Positions 13,641 to 24,967 of a stretch of 57,166 bases of DNA are shown here, piece by piece. A model generated the notes under the pieces. It did not search any database. It saw only the letters and a program-made list of their open reading frames with translations, and was not told the origin of the DNA. Position 1 is the stretch's first letter. The number at the start of each line of letters is the position of its first letter. The position numbers and the translations under genes are program-made. Origin of the DNA: Octopus bimaculoides (lineage: Eukaryota). The stretch is taken from NCBI RefSeq assembly GCF_001194135.2, contig NC_068986.1, forward strand, positions 13,586,520 to 13,643,685. Reading direction: 5' to 3'.

Positions 13641-15757
13641 CTGCAGCTCCCTGGGACCCATGTGACCCTCAAGCATCCTTCTCATGGCCCTTGACAGTCT
13701 TCCTTCTATAAATATCACAAATTTTCTTTAATTGACTTGTAGGTGGCCCCCTACAAAAATAAAAGTTTTGAGTCTGGCTCAGATATTTAAAAAGCTGAGA
13801 CGCATTGATCTAGATGGTTCTGGTTGAAAAGAGATGATTGGTGGGGGTCAGTAGAATGCTACTTGACCGTGGGCTTAGTCTTTGTCGACCTCAGTTGGGT
13901 CACCTGGATGAAGGTGTATGTTGTAAGAGCTGAAACATCCAGTGACTCCTGGATACAATGCTGATGATGTTTCCCAAGAATTGCATCTGTAGGTGCATGT
14001 TGAACTAACCATAAAAAATTTGGTCACGAAAGAATTAAACTGGAAAAAGCAGAGCTATCTACCTTTCTCATATGAAACGGACAATAGTTCTTATCAGATT
14101 TGAACTAAAAAATATCATCATCATCATCATCATCATCATTATTATTTTGATGTCGGTGAGCTGGTTGAGTTGTTAACACACCGGGCAAAATGGTATTTCA
14201 CCTATCACTACGTTCCGAGTTCAAATTCTACTGAAGTCAACTTTGCTTTTCAGCCTTTTGAAGTTGATAAATTAAGTACCAGTGAAGCACTGGGGTCGAT
14301 GTAATCGACTAGCCCCCTCCCTCCAAATTTGAGGCCATTTGCTTCCAATAGTAAGAATTATTATTATTATTTCAAAGGTAGTGAGCTGGCAGAGTCGTTA
14401 ACACACTGGGCGAAATGCTTAGTGGTATTTTGCCCATCGCTACATTTCGAGTTCAAATTCCGCTGAGGTCAACTTTGCCTTTCATCCTTTTGGGGCTGAT
14501 AAATTAAGTACCAGTTGCATACTGGGGTCAATCTAATCGACTGGTCCCTTCCCTCCAAATTTGAGGCCTTGTGCCTACAGTAGAAAGGATTATTATTATT
14601 ATTATTATTGATGATGATGATGATGATGATGATTATTTCAACATCTACTTTTCTATGTTTCTATGGGTTGGATGGTGTTTACTGAAGCAAATTCTCTATT
14701 GCTGGATGCCCTTCCTGTTGCCAACCCTCACCTGTTTCCAAGCAAAGTTATATTTCCCCAGAGCCTGACATGTTTTCACAGAAGATTGAAAACGAATGAC
14801 ACTGCTTGTATGACAATGGCACTCAATTACAACTATCACTCGATATCATAACTAAGACCCCCCCCCCACACACACACATACACACGACAAGCTTCTTTCA
14901 GTTTCTGTCTGTCAAATCCACTCACAAAGCTTTAGTCACCCTGGTGGTGGTAGTACAAAGACACCCTCCCAAGGTGCTGGTGAGTAGGATTGATCTTGAA
15001 ACCATGTGGTTGGGAAGAAAACTTCTTTAACCACACGACCACACCTGCACCTGTGCACTCAGTAACCCAGCACCTTCAGCTCAGAGCCATTGAACCTTCA
15101 CACACAATACATAACAATGTCAGGCTAAGCCTCTTTACATTTGGTGACATTTAACAAGACTTGGCTTTCCAAACCTAGACTTGTCATGTTTAAACTAAAC
15201 TATCAAGTTATACCAATAACCATCAATGGTTCTGAAAGGGGTGGGGTGGGGTGGAAAATTTCTATATTAGTCCTGGGGAGAAAGGGATTGGTAGTGGTGG
15301 TGGTGGTCATGGCTGAAGAGTCCAACACATCCGTACAGTTTAAGTCTGTCTCCTATTGAAATACATGAAGCCTCTTTTTAACACTGGTTCATTTATCATT
15401 GATCTTGGATAACTCAATGTGCTTAATGGCTTATCAGGGATTGATCTGTGATAGAAGTAGTCAGTGATCAGTCAGATTCTGCCAATAACACTGTGCTTCA
15501 GACTGACCTCAATCCAATGACTGAAATAAATAGAAGAGTGTGTATCATGTATGTTTATAATAACCTGATTCTGTGGTGAGTAATCACTTGCATCTAATTA
15601 TTTAATTAGTACAAGGAACTGAATTACTCTGGCTCCTCATATTACATGTATGTACATTAACCATGGGGTTGAGAGAGCATTGCATCACAGTCAGGGGACA
15701 TTGGCAAAGTGTTGGTAAAAGAAAAAAGGGTCAATAGTTAAAAAAAAAATAGTTCAA

Positions 15758-16166
15758 GGTACAGGCTTGGCTGTGTGGTAAGAAGCTTGCTTTCCAACCA
15801 CATGGTTCTGGGTTCAGTCCCACTGCATGGCACCTTTGGCAAGTGTTTTCTACTATAGACTTGGGCTGACCAAACCCTTATGAGTTTATTAGGTTGACAG
15901 AAACTGAAAGAAGCCCATCCTATATTATATATGTGTGTGCGTGTGTCTGTGTTTGTTCCCCAACCATCACTTGACAACTGGTGTTGGTGTGTTTACATCC
16001 CTGTAATTTAGCAGTTCGGCAAAAGAGACCGATAGAATAAGTACCAGGCTTAAAAAAAAAAAAAACAAAAAAAAACAAGGAAGTACTGGAGTTGATTTGT
16101 TTAACTACAATTCTTCAAGTCAGTGCCCCAGCATGACCAGATACCTATAAATGAAACAAGTAAAGG
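15758..16166 (+). mobile_element. tRNA-headed SINE family A (composite, central TA/TG microsatellite); representative full copy
   Basis: Head tggctgtgtggtaagaagcttgc...ggttcagtccc and tail ccccagcatg...gaaacaagtaaaag. Other copies or halves near 914-1110(-), 10050-10260(-), 10790-11218(-), 24936-25612, 26450-26845(-), 28015-28375, 31740-31895(-), 43950-44305 and 45135-45480(-). Confidence 0.85.
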
Positions 16167-16714
16167 GAAAACCCTGTGAAGGCATCATATATTGTGTGTT
16201 TATTCGGGACATTTAATTGTTGTCACTAACTGACAAAGCGATTATTACAGGGTTAACGACCAGAAGAGCAGAGTATTTCATCAGTTACCCCATACAGAAT
16301 TCAAAACCTTACAAGAACAAAACATCCTTACTGATGCTGTGTAAAAATGGCCCCTTGTTAGTGCCATGTGAAAGGCATCTGTACTGATGCCACGTACAAA
16401 GCCCCCTGTACACTCTGTTAAGTGGTTGGTGTCGAGAAGGGCCTTCAGCTGTAGAAACCATGCCAAAGCGCATAATTGGAGCCTGGTGCCAACCCTCTGG
16501 CTTGCCAGATCCTTTCAAACCATCCAACCCATGCCACCATGGAAAACAGATGTTAAATGATGATGATGGTGATGATATTGATGATGAGGATGATTAGGGA
16601 AAGAGTGAGAGAGAGAGAAATGAGGGAGAGGCTGGGCAGAGTAAGTGATGGCCATTGCCTTGTTTTCATGCATATTCCACAAGGGTGAAATGTGTGTAGG
16701 GTAACTTTTATGGT

Positions 16715-17082
16715 GGAGGCGAAATGGCACAGTGGTTAGGGCAGCGGACTCGCAGTCATAGGATCACGGTTTCAATTCCCAGACCGGGCATTATGAGTGT
16801 TTAGTGAGCGAAAACACCTCAAGCTCCATGAGGCTCCGGCAGGGGATGGTGGCGCACCCTGCTGTACTCTTCTACCACAACTTTCTCTCACCCTTACTTC
16901 CTGTTTCTGTTGTGCCTGTAATTCAAAGGGCCAGCCTTGTCACACTGTGTCACGCTGAATATCCCCCGAGAACGGTACACGTGTCTGTGGAGTGCTCAGC
17001 CACTTGCACGTTAATTTCACGAGCAGGCTATTCCGTTGATCGGATCAACTGGAACCCTCGACGTCGTAAGTGACGGAGTGCC
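16715..17082 (+). mobile_element. tRNA-headed SINE family D
   Basis: ggaggcg(a/c)aatggc..agtggttagggcagcggactcg head. Second full copy at 50324-50686; fragments near 496-690(-), 2972-3060 and 43505-43680(-). Confidence 0.8.
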
Positions 17083-18217
17083 AACAACAACAACCTTTAT
17101 GACATGCCCCTTTTTGAAGTACACTTTTTAATCTAATGGATTAGGAAAGCACACACTTATATGCGCTGACACATACATTCACATACATGCATATATACAC
17201 ATACATACCTACACATAAATGCACACATGCACATACATATATATATATACACACACATACACATATATACACTCACACACATGCATACACATACACATAT
17301 AACCATACATACATCTACACATACACACACACATCCACACAATACCCTCACACACTTGCATACACACATTTGCACACATACACACACACTTGCACACACA
17401 CACACACACACACACACTCATACATGCATACGCACACATACGTACATATATATATATCCACACATATCCACACACACACACTCGCACACCCACACACTTG
17501 CACACACAAACACACACACACACACACATGCATACATACGTACAAGTACACATGATTTATTGGTTGCACTTTGCACTGAGGAGCAAGAAGTATTAAACTC
17601 CTATTGGCAAGGTCAGTCACAACATCAGATGAAGCAGAGGTGCTTATCTGAGATTATCCCACCTTCCGGTCTTATGAGGATTTAGTGGGGGAAGGGCGGG
17701 GGGAAGCAGGTGAGTGCTGCTATAGTTTAGAGCCATTTATATACATACAGTCAGCCTTCAAGCTGTATAGGATTCTATACATTCTATGGTGACAAAAAAT
17801 ATTCCAATTATATTGTAAGTGTTGCATAAAATTTTAATATTTTTTTTAACATTTATGCCTGTGTATGTGTTTGTGTGCACATGTGTGTGTGTGTGTGTGT
17901 GTGTGTGTACATATATATGTACAAATATGAGCATGTCTAGGTATGCAACTATATGCATGAGAATGCACACATAAAACAAAACATACAAATCTGCACATAT
18001 ACATACATGCATTCATACATACAAGCATACATACCCTGTTGTTGATGTTGAAATTCCAATGATGGATCCTTGGATCTAGGTTAGAAACCAGCTCTTTCTC
18101 TATTGGCAAGAAATCTTGAAATAAAACTGAACAATGACATACATACATACATATATACATAATACAAATATGTACATTTACATTTGACGGATATTTGTCC
18201 TCATCTTGTTTGTTGTT

Positions 18218-18265
18218 AACACAACGTTTCGGCTGATATACCCTCCAGCCTTCATCAGGTGTCAT
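18218..18265 (-). ncRNA. Minimal hammerhead motif, intact minus-strand copy
   Basis: Reverse complement reads GACAC-CUGAUGAA-GGCUG-GAGGGUAUAU-CAGCC-GAAACGUU-GUGUU, the same core as 18573-18620. Confidence 0.72.
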
Positions 18266-18310
18266 GGGGAAATTTCGAATGTGGGTTCTTATTCCAAAGG
18301 TATTTTTCGA

Positions 18311-18351
<41 letters not shown>

Positions 18352-18572
18352 TTACTGCCTGGAATCAAACTCGGAATCTTGGGGTTAGTAGCCTACGCTC
18401 TTAACCACTACACCATATGCCCGTAGTGATTAAGAGCGTGGGCTACTAACCCCAAGATTCCGAGTTCAATTCCAAGCAGTGACCTGAATAATAATAATAA
18501 TACTAATAATGATGAAAATAATAACACCGAAAAAATACCTTAGGAACAAGAATCCAGGTTTAAAATTTCTCC

Positions 18573-18620
18573 AAGACACCTGATGAAGGCTGGAGGGTAT
18601 ATCAGCCGAAACGTTGTGTT
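18573..18620 (+). ncRNA. Minimal type I hammerhead ribozyme motif (Penelope-type, dimer-dependent)
   Basis: Stem I GACAC(18575-79)/GUGUU(18616-20); core CUGAUGA (18580-86) plus one extra A; stem II GGCUG/CAGCC with a 10-nt loop; GAAA; loopless palindromic stem III ACGU; predicted cleavage after GUU (18615). Confidence 0.75.
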
Positions 18621-18909
18621 AACAAACAAGATGAGGACAAATATCCGTCAAATGTAAATAACATACATGATTCCCCATCTCTCAAATATAGAACTGTAAT
18701 ATGGGAATGTCTAGATATGTGACTACATGCATGAGAATACATACGAAAAACAAAAAATGCAAATCTGCATACATACATACATACATACATACATACAAAC
18801 AAAAATACCCTGTTGTTGATGTTTAAATTCCAATGAAGGAGCCTTGGATCTGGGTTAGAAACCGGTTCTTTCTCTATTGGCAAGAACTCTTGAAATAAAA
18901 CTGAACAAT

Positions 18910-18951
<42 letters not shown>

Positions 18952-19157
18952 TGTATATATTTATTTTTGTGTGTATTGTTGTAAACATGTACATGTGTGT
19001 GTATTTATGTGTATACATGTATATGCATATATATATTTTTGTGTATATTTATGTTAGAAAGCATTTAAACATGTATTGGTATATATATGCATGTGTATAT
19101 ATGTATACATTGTATAAATTTATTTTGGAAAGTGTTTAAATACATATGTGTGTATGC

Positions 19158-19214
<57 letters not shown>

Positions 19215-20670
19215 AGTAAAAATAAATACAAAAAAAGGGGTTTTGTATGATTGTGTATAGAGGAATATATTATTTTGTTTAAAAGAGTTCCAACACTGTC
19301 TGTTTTTTATGTTTTATTTATATTCCTGCAAAACCAATGTGGGATATAGAATATGGAATATACAATATTTAATATAATATACAATATATAATATAAAATA
19401 AAAATGGATGGTACTATGAAATAAAGTATTGAATGTCTTATTGAATATATGGAATATGTCTTATTGAATAGATGAAATATTGAGTGTTCAATATAAAGGC
19501 GAATACGTATTTTCTATACCTTGTGGTATTTCATCATGGCCGGTACACACATGTATTTGCGTATATGTGTTGTGTGTTTGTGTATCTGTATATATCTATA
19601 CCTTCCAGCCTGTTTGTCTGTTCATGTGTCCATCCATCCGTCTGTCTGTCCGTCCGTCCAAGCAACATGCATGTCTGTTGTATATCTATCTGGTTCTCTG
19701 TCTGTGATCTGATTGTCTCCCTGTCACTCTCTCTCACACACGCTCTCTCTGTCTCTCTTTGTCTCTACCTTTCCTTCCTTCCTTACTTTGCTCTGATCTT
19801 AATTGGAATCCTTTTGTGATGGAGTTTTCCCTGTCGCTTTCTTTCTGTTAATAAGTAACACCGAGATTATTACAGACAGCATAGACATTGCTGAAAGCAG
19901 CATTCCATGACTTAGCAGTTTGGAAAAAGAAACTGATGGAATAAACACCACAGACTTTAAAAAATAAGTTTCAGGGTTAATTTGTTCCTCTAAGCCCTTG
20001 AGGGCAGTGCTCCAGCATGGCTGCAGTCCAATGACTGAAGCGAATAAAAGATAACATAACATAGAGTAGTCATCGTTTGAAATATCTGAGTTCAAATTCC
20101 ACTGAGGTCGACTTTGCCTTTCATCCTTTCGGGGTTGATAAATTAAGTACCAGTTGCATACTTGGGTTGACCTAATCGACTGCACCCCCCCTCCCACAAG
20201 GATTATTTGAAATAGCATACATAAGTTATAGAGTTGATATTCTTTAAGGATAGACATTATGTAACAATGTGAAGGTCATGGAGATAATCCGTGAAGGATA
20301 CTGTATCATCAACATCATTTATTTAACGTCCACTTTTCCATGCTGGCATGGGTCGGATGGAACTTGTTGAGGCAGATTTTTAAAATTCTGATGACCTCCA
20401 TGTTGCCAGCCCTCACCTTTTTTCCAAAGCAAACATATTTCTCCATAGTCAGACATGTTTTCACAGAAATAATTCTTTCTACTGTAGGCACAAGGCCTGA
20501 AATTTGGAGGGAAGGGGCCAATCGATTAGATCAACTCCAGTGTGCAACTGGTACTTAATTTATTGACCCCCAAAAGAATGAAAGGCAAAGTCGACCTTGG
20601 CAGAATTTGAACTCAGAACCTAGCAACAGGAGAAATACTGCTAAGCATTTCATCCAGCTTGCCCCCTTAG

Positions 20671-20671
20671 G

Positions 20672-20739
<68 letters not shown>

Positions 20740-20740
20740 G

Positions 20741-20795
<55 letters not shown>
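20671..20795. repeat. (AAT)n microsatellite
   Basis: About 40 AAT/GAT units. Confidence 0.9.
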
Positions 20796-21122
20796 ATTAT
20801 TTACAATTGACGGATATTTGTCCTCATCTTGTTTGTTGTTGACATGTTTCGGCTGATATAGCCTCCAGCTTTCATCAGGTGTCTTGGGGAAATTTTGAAC
20901 CTGGCTTCTCATTCCTAAGGTATTTTTCAATATTATTATTATTATTTTGCTTTGGATTTGTACAAGTTGGATCCAAGTCTCACCCAGAGACCTCAAAAGA
21001 CAACAAGTTAGAAGTTCATGTTGGTGTTATGCCTGATTATTATTATTATTATTATTGTCACTGCCTGGAATCGAACTTGGAATCTTGGGGTTAGTAGCCC
21101 GCACTCTTAACCACTACGTCAT
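20795..21122 (-). mobile_element. Solo copy of the same tRNA-head/hammerhead repeat, degenerate
   Basis: Same head (cactcttaaccactacg), the CTGATGA core, an altered GAAAC-flanking region and an internal insertion. Confidence 0.65.
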
Positions 21123-21163
21123 ATAATCCTTGGATAGAATTTATAAATTCTATCCAAGGATTA

Positions 21164-21216
<53 letters not shown>

Positions 21217-21686
21217 TATATACATACATATATAAAGAAGTATTGGTTATACGACTTTACATACAACACCAACCAACACCAGTCAACATCATAAGATTGT
21301 GGCTGGCGTAATAGAAAAAGGAACTTAAATTGCATATTCAAAACGTTTCCCATAAACAAATTTAAAAGAAAGATATATACATATATAATTGGAAACAATT
21401 TGGATTGGTTCTGTGTGACTTAAAAGTTTTGTAGGCTTGTAACAAAAACCTGGCTTGTTCTGGTTTAGATTACTAAATAGAGAAACACAGGCAGTCCAAG
21501 ATGGCTACTAGAAAACGGACTGCTATTGGTCAAGTAGTGGGGGTGATGTAGTATTGTTAGAGGTGAGATCAGCATTTCAGTGACATTAGGCAAAGCACAT
21601 CGACCGACTTTCTTACTGGTTTGAATATGCCTCAACCATATTCGAATTCGAACTGGTAAAGACACTACTTTGCACTATGAAGTTCA

Positions 21687-21855
21687 TACACTGTAAATCC
21701 TCGAGTATAGTCAGCCTTCGAGTAAAATACGCAGGGGATTTTTAGGGGGCTGCACCTCTGAAAAACCTAAACCTTGTGTATAATATGCACCCCTTCTCTA
21801 ACTTGAGTCAAGGAGGTCTATATAATGTCCTTGGTTTGTAAACGTATATACGGTA
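21687..21855. mobile_element. pogo/Tc1-like MITE remnant
   Basis: Starts tacactgtaaatcctcgagtatag and ends cgtatatacggta; TA-flanked with imperfect TIRs. Confidence 0.5.
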
Positions 21856-22921
21856 ATGTCCTTTATTATTATTGTATATATAACATAATGCAAACGTGTA
21901 GCTTTTTTGTGCACTTTGTTTGCAGAAAATATAGAAATAACAGTTATAACGTCAGTGAAAAATAAATATTAAGTAAATTGCCTTTACATATTTATCGCTA
22001 TCAGTTACAAGCCCGAAATCACAAAATGCGTCTGAATAAACATTGCCGGACAGCAAAAAGAGACTCGGACATTGCTTAGAAAATATTTTTCATTTTTANN
22101 NNNNNNNNNNNNNNNNNNNNNNNNNNNNNNNNNNNNNNNNNNNNNNNNNNNNNNNNNNNNNNNNNNNNNNNNNNNNNNNNNNNNNNNNNNNNNNNNNNNN
22201 NNNNNNNNNNNNNNNNNNNNNNNNNNNNNNNNNNNNNNNNNNNNNNNNNNNNNNNNNNNNNNNNNNNNNNNNNNNNNNNNNNNNNNNNNNNNNNNNNNNN
22301 NNNNNNNNNNNNNNNNNNNNNNNNNNNNNNNNNNNNNNNNNNNNNNNNNNNNNNNNNNNNNNNNNNNNNNNNNNNNNNNNNNNNNNNNNNNNNNNNNNNN
22401 NNNNNNNNNNNNNNNNNNNNNNNNNNNNNNNNNNNNNNNNNNNNNNNNNNNNNNNNNNNNNNNNNNNNNNNNNNNNNNNNNNNNNNNNNNNNNNNNNNNN
22501 NNNNNNNNNNNNNNNNNNNNNNNNNNNNNNNNNNNNNNNNNNNNNNNNNNNNNNNNNNNNNNNNNNNNNNNNNNNNNNNNNNNNNNNNNNNNNNNNNNNN
22601 NNNNNNNNNNNNNNNNNNNNNNNNNNNNNNNNNNNNNNNNNNNNNNNNNNNNNNNNNNNNNNNNNNNNNNNNNNNNNNNNNNNNNNNNNNNNNNNNNNNN
22701 NNNNNNNNNNNNNNNNNNNNNNNNNNNNNNNNNNNNNNNNNNNNNNNNNNNNNNNNNNNNNNNNNNNNNNNNNNNNNNNNNNNNNNNNNNNNNNNNNNNN
22801 NNNNNNNNNNNNNNNNNNNNNNNNNNNNNNNNNNNNNNNNNNNNNNNCTTTACTTCAATAAATTGGGGGAATTACTATTTTTAATTCTCACAACGAGAGA
22901 TATTCAGCAACAGTACTTTGG

Positions 22922-23144
22922 AGTAAAGATTGTTTGCCAACATAACATGGCAGTCCTGGTTTAGGACAAATGTTGCTGTAATTTAGCCCCAGGATACATC
23001 GTCTCCAGCTGGCTATACGACACGATCTGTGTCCTTATATTTTTGAAGATTCCCTTGTATAGCCAGCTGTCTCCTGGGGCTAAATTACAGCAACATTTGT
23101 CCTAAACCAGGACTGCCATGTTATGTTGGCAAACAATCTTTACT
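22922..23144. mobile_element. Foldback element/MITE with perfect 73-bp inverted arms
   Basis: 22922-22994 is the exact reverse complement of 23072-23144, with an inner agctggctatac/gtatagccagct repeat. Confidence 0.8.
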
Positions 23145-23424
23145 TCAATAAATTGGGGGTTTGCAATAGCATTTTAGGGGTCCATGAAAAACTTTTGACA
23201 TATTTATTGGAAGACATAACTAGGTTTCTTTCTCTAAAGCTTAACTTAATTCAACATATTTCTGGTCATTGAAACATGGTCCCTCAGGGGGTGTAATTGC
23301 AAACCAACACAATTGAATGGGTGATAAATGAAATTGGAATTTTGAAAGAAATATCAATAAAACTGAATGACCAATGGGCAGGTGGGTGGGGCACTAGAGT
23401 AAAATGGTAATCAAAGGGGTGCGG

Positions 23425-23793
23425 AGATATACCCTCCAGCCTTCATCAGGTGTCTTGGAGAAATTTCGAACCTGGGTTCTCATTCCTAAGGTATTTTTCG
23501 ATATAGTCACTTCCTGGAATTGAACTTGGAATCTTGGGGTTAGTAGCCCACACTCTTAACCACTACGCCATATGCTCATGGGCAATTATGGAGTGGATTT
23601 TAGGGCTTATAAATCTAATATTTTCCTAGCCTTCCTTATTACTGGTTCCCGTATGCTATTCATATCTGCTCTTGGTCTGCTTAGGAGGTTGTTGTGTCCT
23701 AGCATATGTGCTGCTTCTTTCAGTTTTCGTATTTCCCAGTGGTGTTCTCTGTTTATTATTTTAGCTTCATCCCACAGGAGGAGGTGGTCTCCA
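23425..23793 (-). mobile_element. 5'-truncated Penelope-like element: GIY-YIG endonuclease C-terminus followed by the tRNA-head/hammerhead repeat
   Basis: ORF 23607-23807(-) contains LWDEAKIINREHHWEIRKLKEAAHMLGHNNLLSRP, which resembles PLE GIY-YIG ends (W..AKI..RE..W..R.IKEA). The tRNA-like head starts about 30 nt after the stop; the hammerhead is truncated before GAAAC. Confidence 0.7.
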
Positions 23794-24000
23794 TTAACAA
23801 CAAACAAGATGAGAACAAATATCTGTCAAATGTAAATAATGTAAATAATTATCTAATGTGTCCTACTATTTTTAAAGACAATTTAGTGGGTTTTCAGTAA
23901 GATTTTCTTTTGCTATTTCTAGCAGAATAAACAAGTGTATCTTGGTTCTTCTTTTCTAACAGATGGTTAAGGTATTTGGTAAACCCATATTTGTCTACCG

Positions 24001-24518
24001 AAGTGGTTCTCAACCGCTTTTTGCCTATGGCCCGTTCTGGTTCCTATTTAACTCTGCTGGACTTCCAGAGCCATTCAATGCATATATATAAAACACTATC
24101 TTTCTCTATTTTTACAATTAATTATTATTGCAAATTGTATTAAAAAAGTGTTAAAATATTAGTTTGGTGCATAATTATTGTGGCTATTTTTTTTTCAATA
24201 AATTTTATTCAACAAAAACAATGACATGCAACAAAAACATGTTTAAATGATTATTCCAGAGCGTATTCACCATCTACTTCAATTACTGCTTCCCATTTGC
24301 TTGGCAGACGGTCAGACCATCATTTAAGGATGTTTTTGCTAAATATTGTTATTGTTTTTCTTGAATAAAATTTGTTGAAAAAAGAGCCGCAATAATTATG
24401 CACCAACCCAATATTTTGTGCCTTGTAGAAGTATAACAGATTCATTGACCATAAATTTTAACAACAAGATCTTATACAGGCCCCTAAAGGTCAAATGGAA
24501 ACTGGTTGAGAACCACTG
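24001..24518. mobile_element. hAT (Charlie-like) MITE
   Basis: Ends agtggttctcaacc / ggttgagaaccactg; flanks gtctaccg / gtctatac look like a degenerate 8-bp TSD. Confidence 0.7.
24159..24411 (-). mobile_element. Internally deleted mariner (MITE) nested in a hAT MITE
   Basis: TA-flanked TIRs ttagtttggtgcataattattgtggc / gccgcaataattatgcaccaacccaa. The interior encodes RLPSKWEAVIEVDGEYALE*, a mariner C-terminus. Confidence 0.8.
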
Positions 24519-24967
24519 GTCTATACTATTCAAATACTTGCCCCTGGCCACCTTGAGTTATTTCTCTTAGTTTAAGTTATGCAAATTACCTAGGCCATTG
24601 CTGTTTTGTACTTTGGATAGTAGAAATTAGGTCAGACAATTTGTCATGCTGGATAAATACGTAAGATATTTCCTATTTGAAATTCTTGAGACAAAGAATC
24701 AAATATTAACATTTGAAATGTGTAACGGAAAATAAATAATACCAAAAATATTTTCTCCAATGTCCTGTATTGATATAAAATCTCTCTGCAAATACTATTT
24801 CTGGAATTTCCAACTCTTATGCATATCTCACAGAAATATGATGTCTGCACACGGAATTGAAATACTGGAACAAGCAGATGTGCACTTCAAGAGGACATAG
24901 CTTGGATTTTTAACCTTATTTACATTATATATGTAGGCGCAGGAGTGGCTGCGTGGTAAGATGGTAA

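Larger units (their letters stand above)
18177..18696. mobile_element. Inverted pair of Penelope-like terminal repeats (tRNA-like head, (AAT)n, hammerhead)
   Basis: 18177-18411 and 18423-18658 are reverse complements with scattered mismatches. Each arm has box A, box B, an AAT tract and the hammerhead. Confidence 0.75.

Noticed and set aside
18330-18500. tRNA genes (also at the heads of SINE families A, B and D)
   Set aside because: Box A and B are present but the acceptor stems do not close and the heads run into repeat bodies; they are tRNA-derived, not tRNA genes.
18826-18872. Second hammerhead in the direct-repeat segment (ccaatgaagg...agaaaccggtt)
   Set aside because: Both copies have CCAAUGA instead of CUGANGA, and no stem I pairing is evident.
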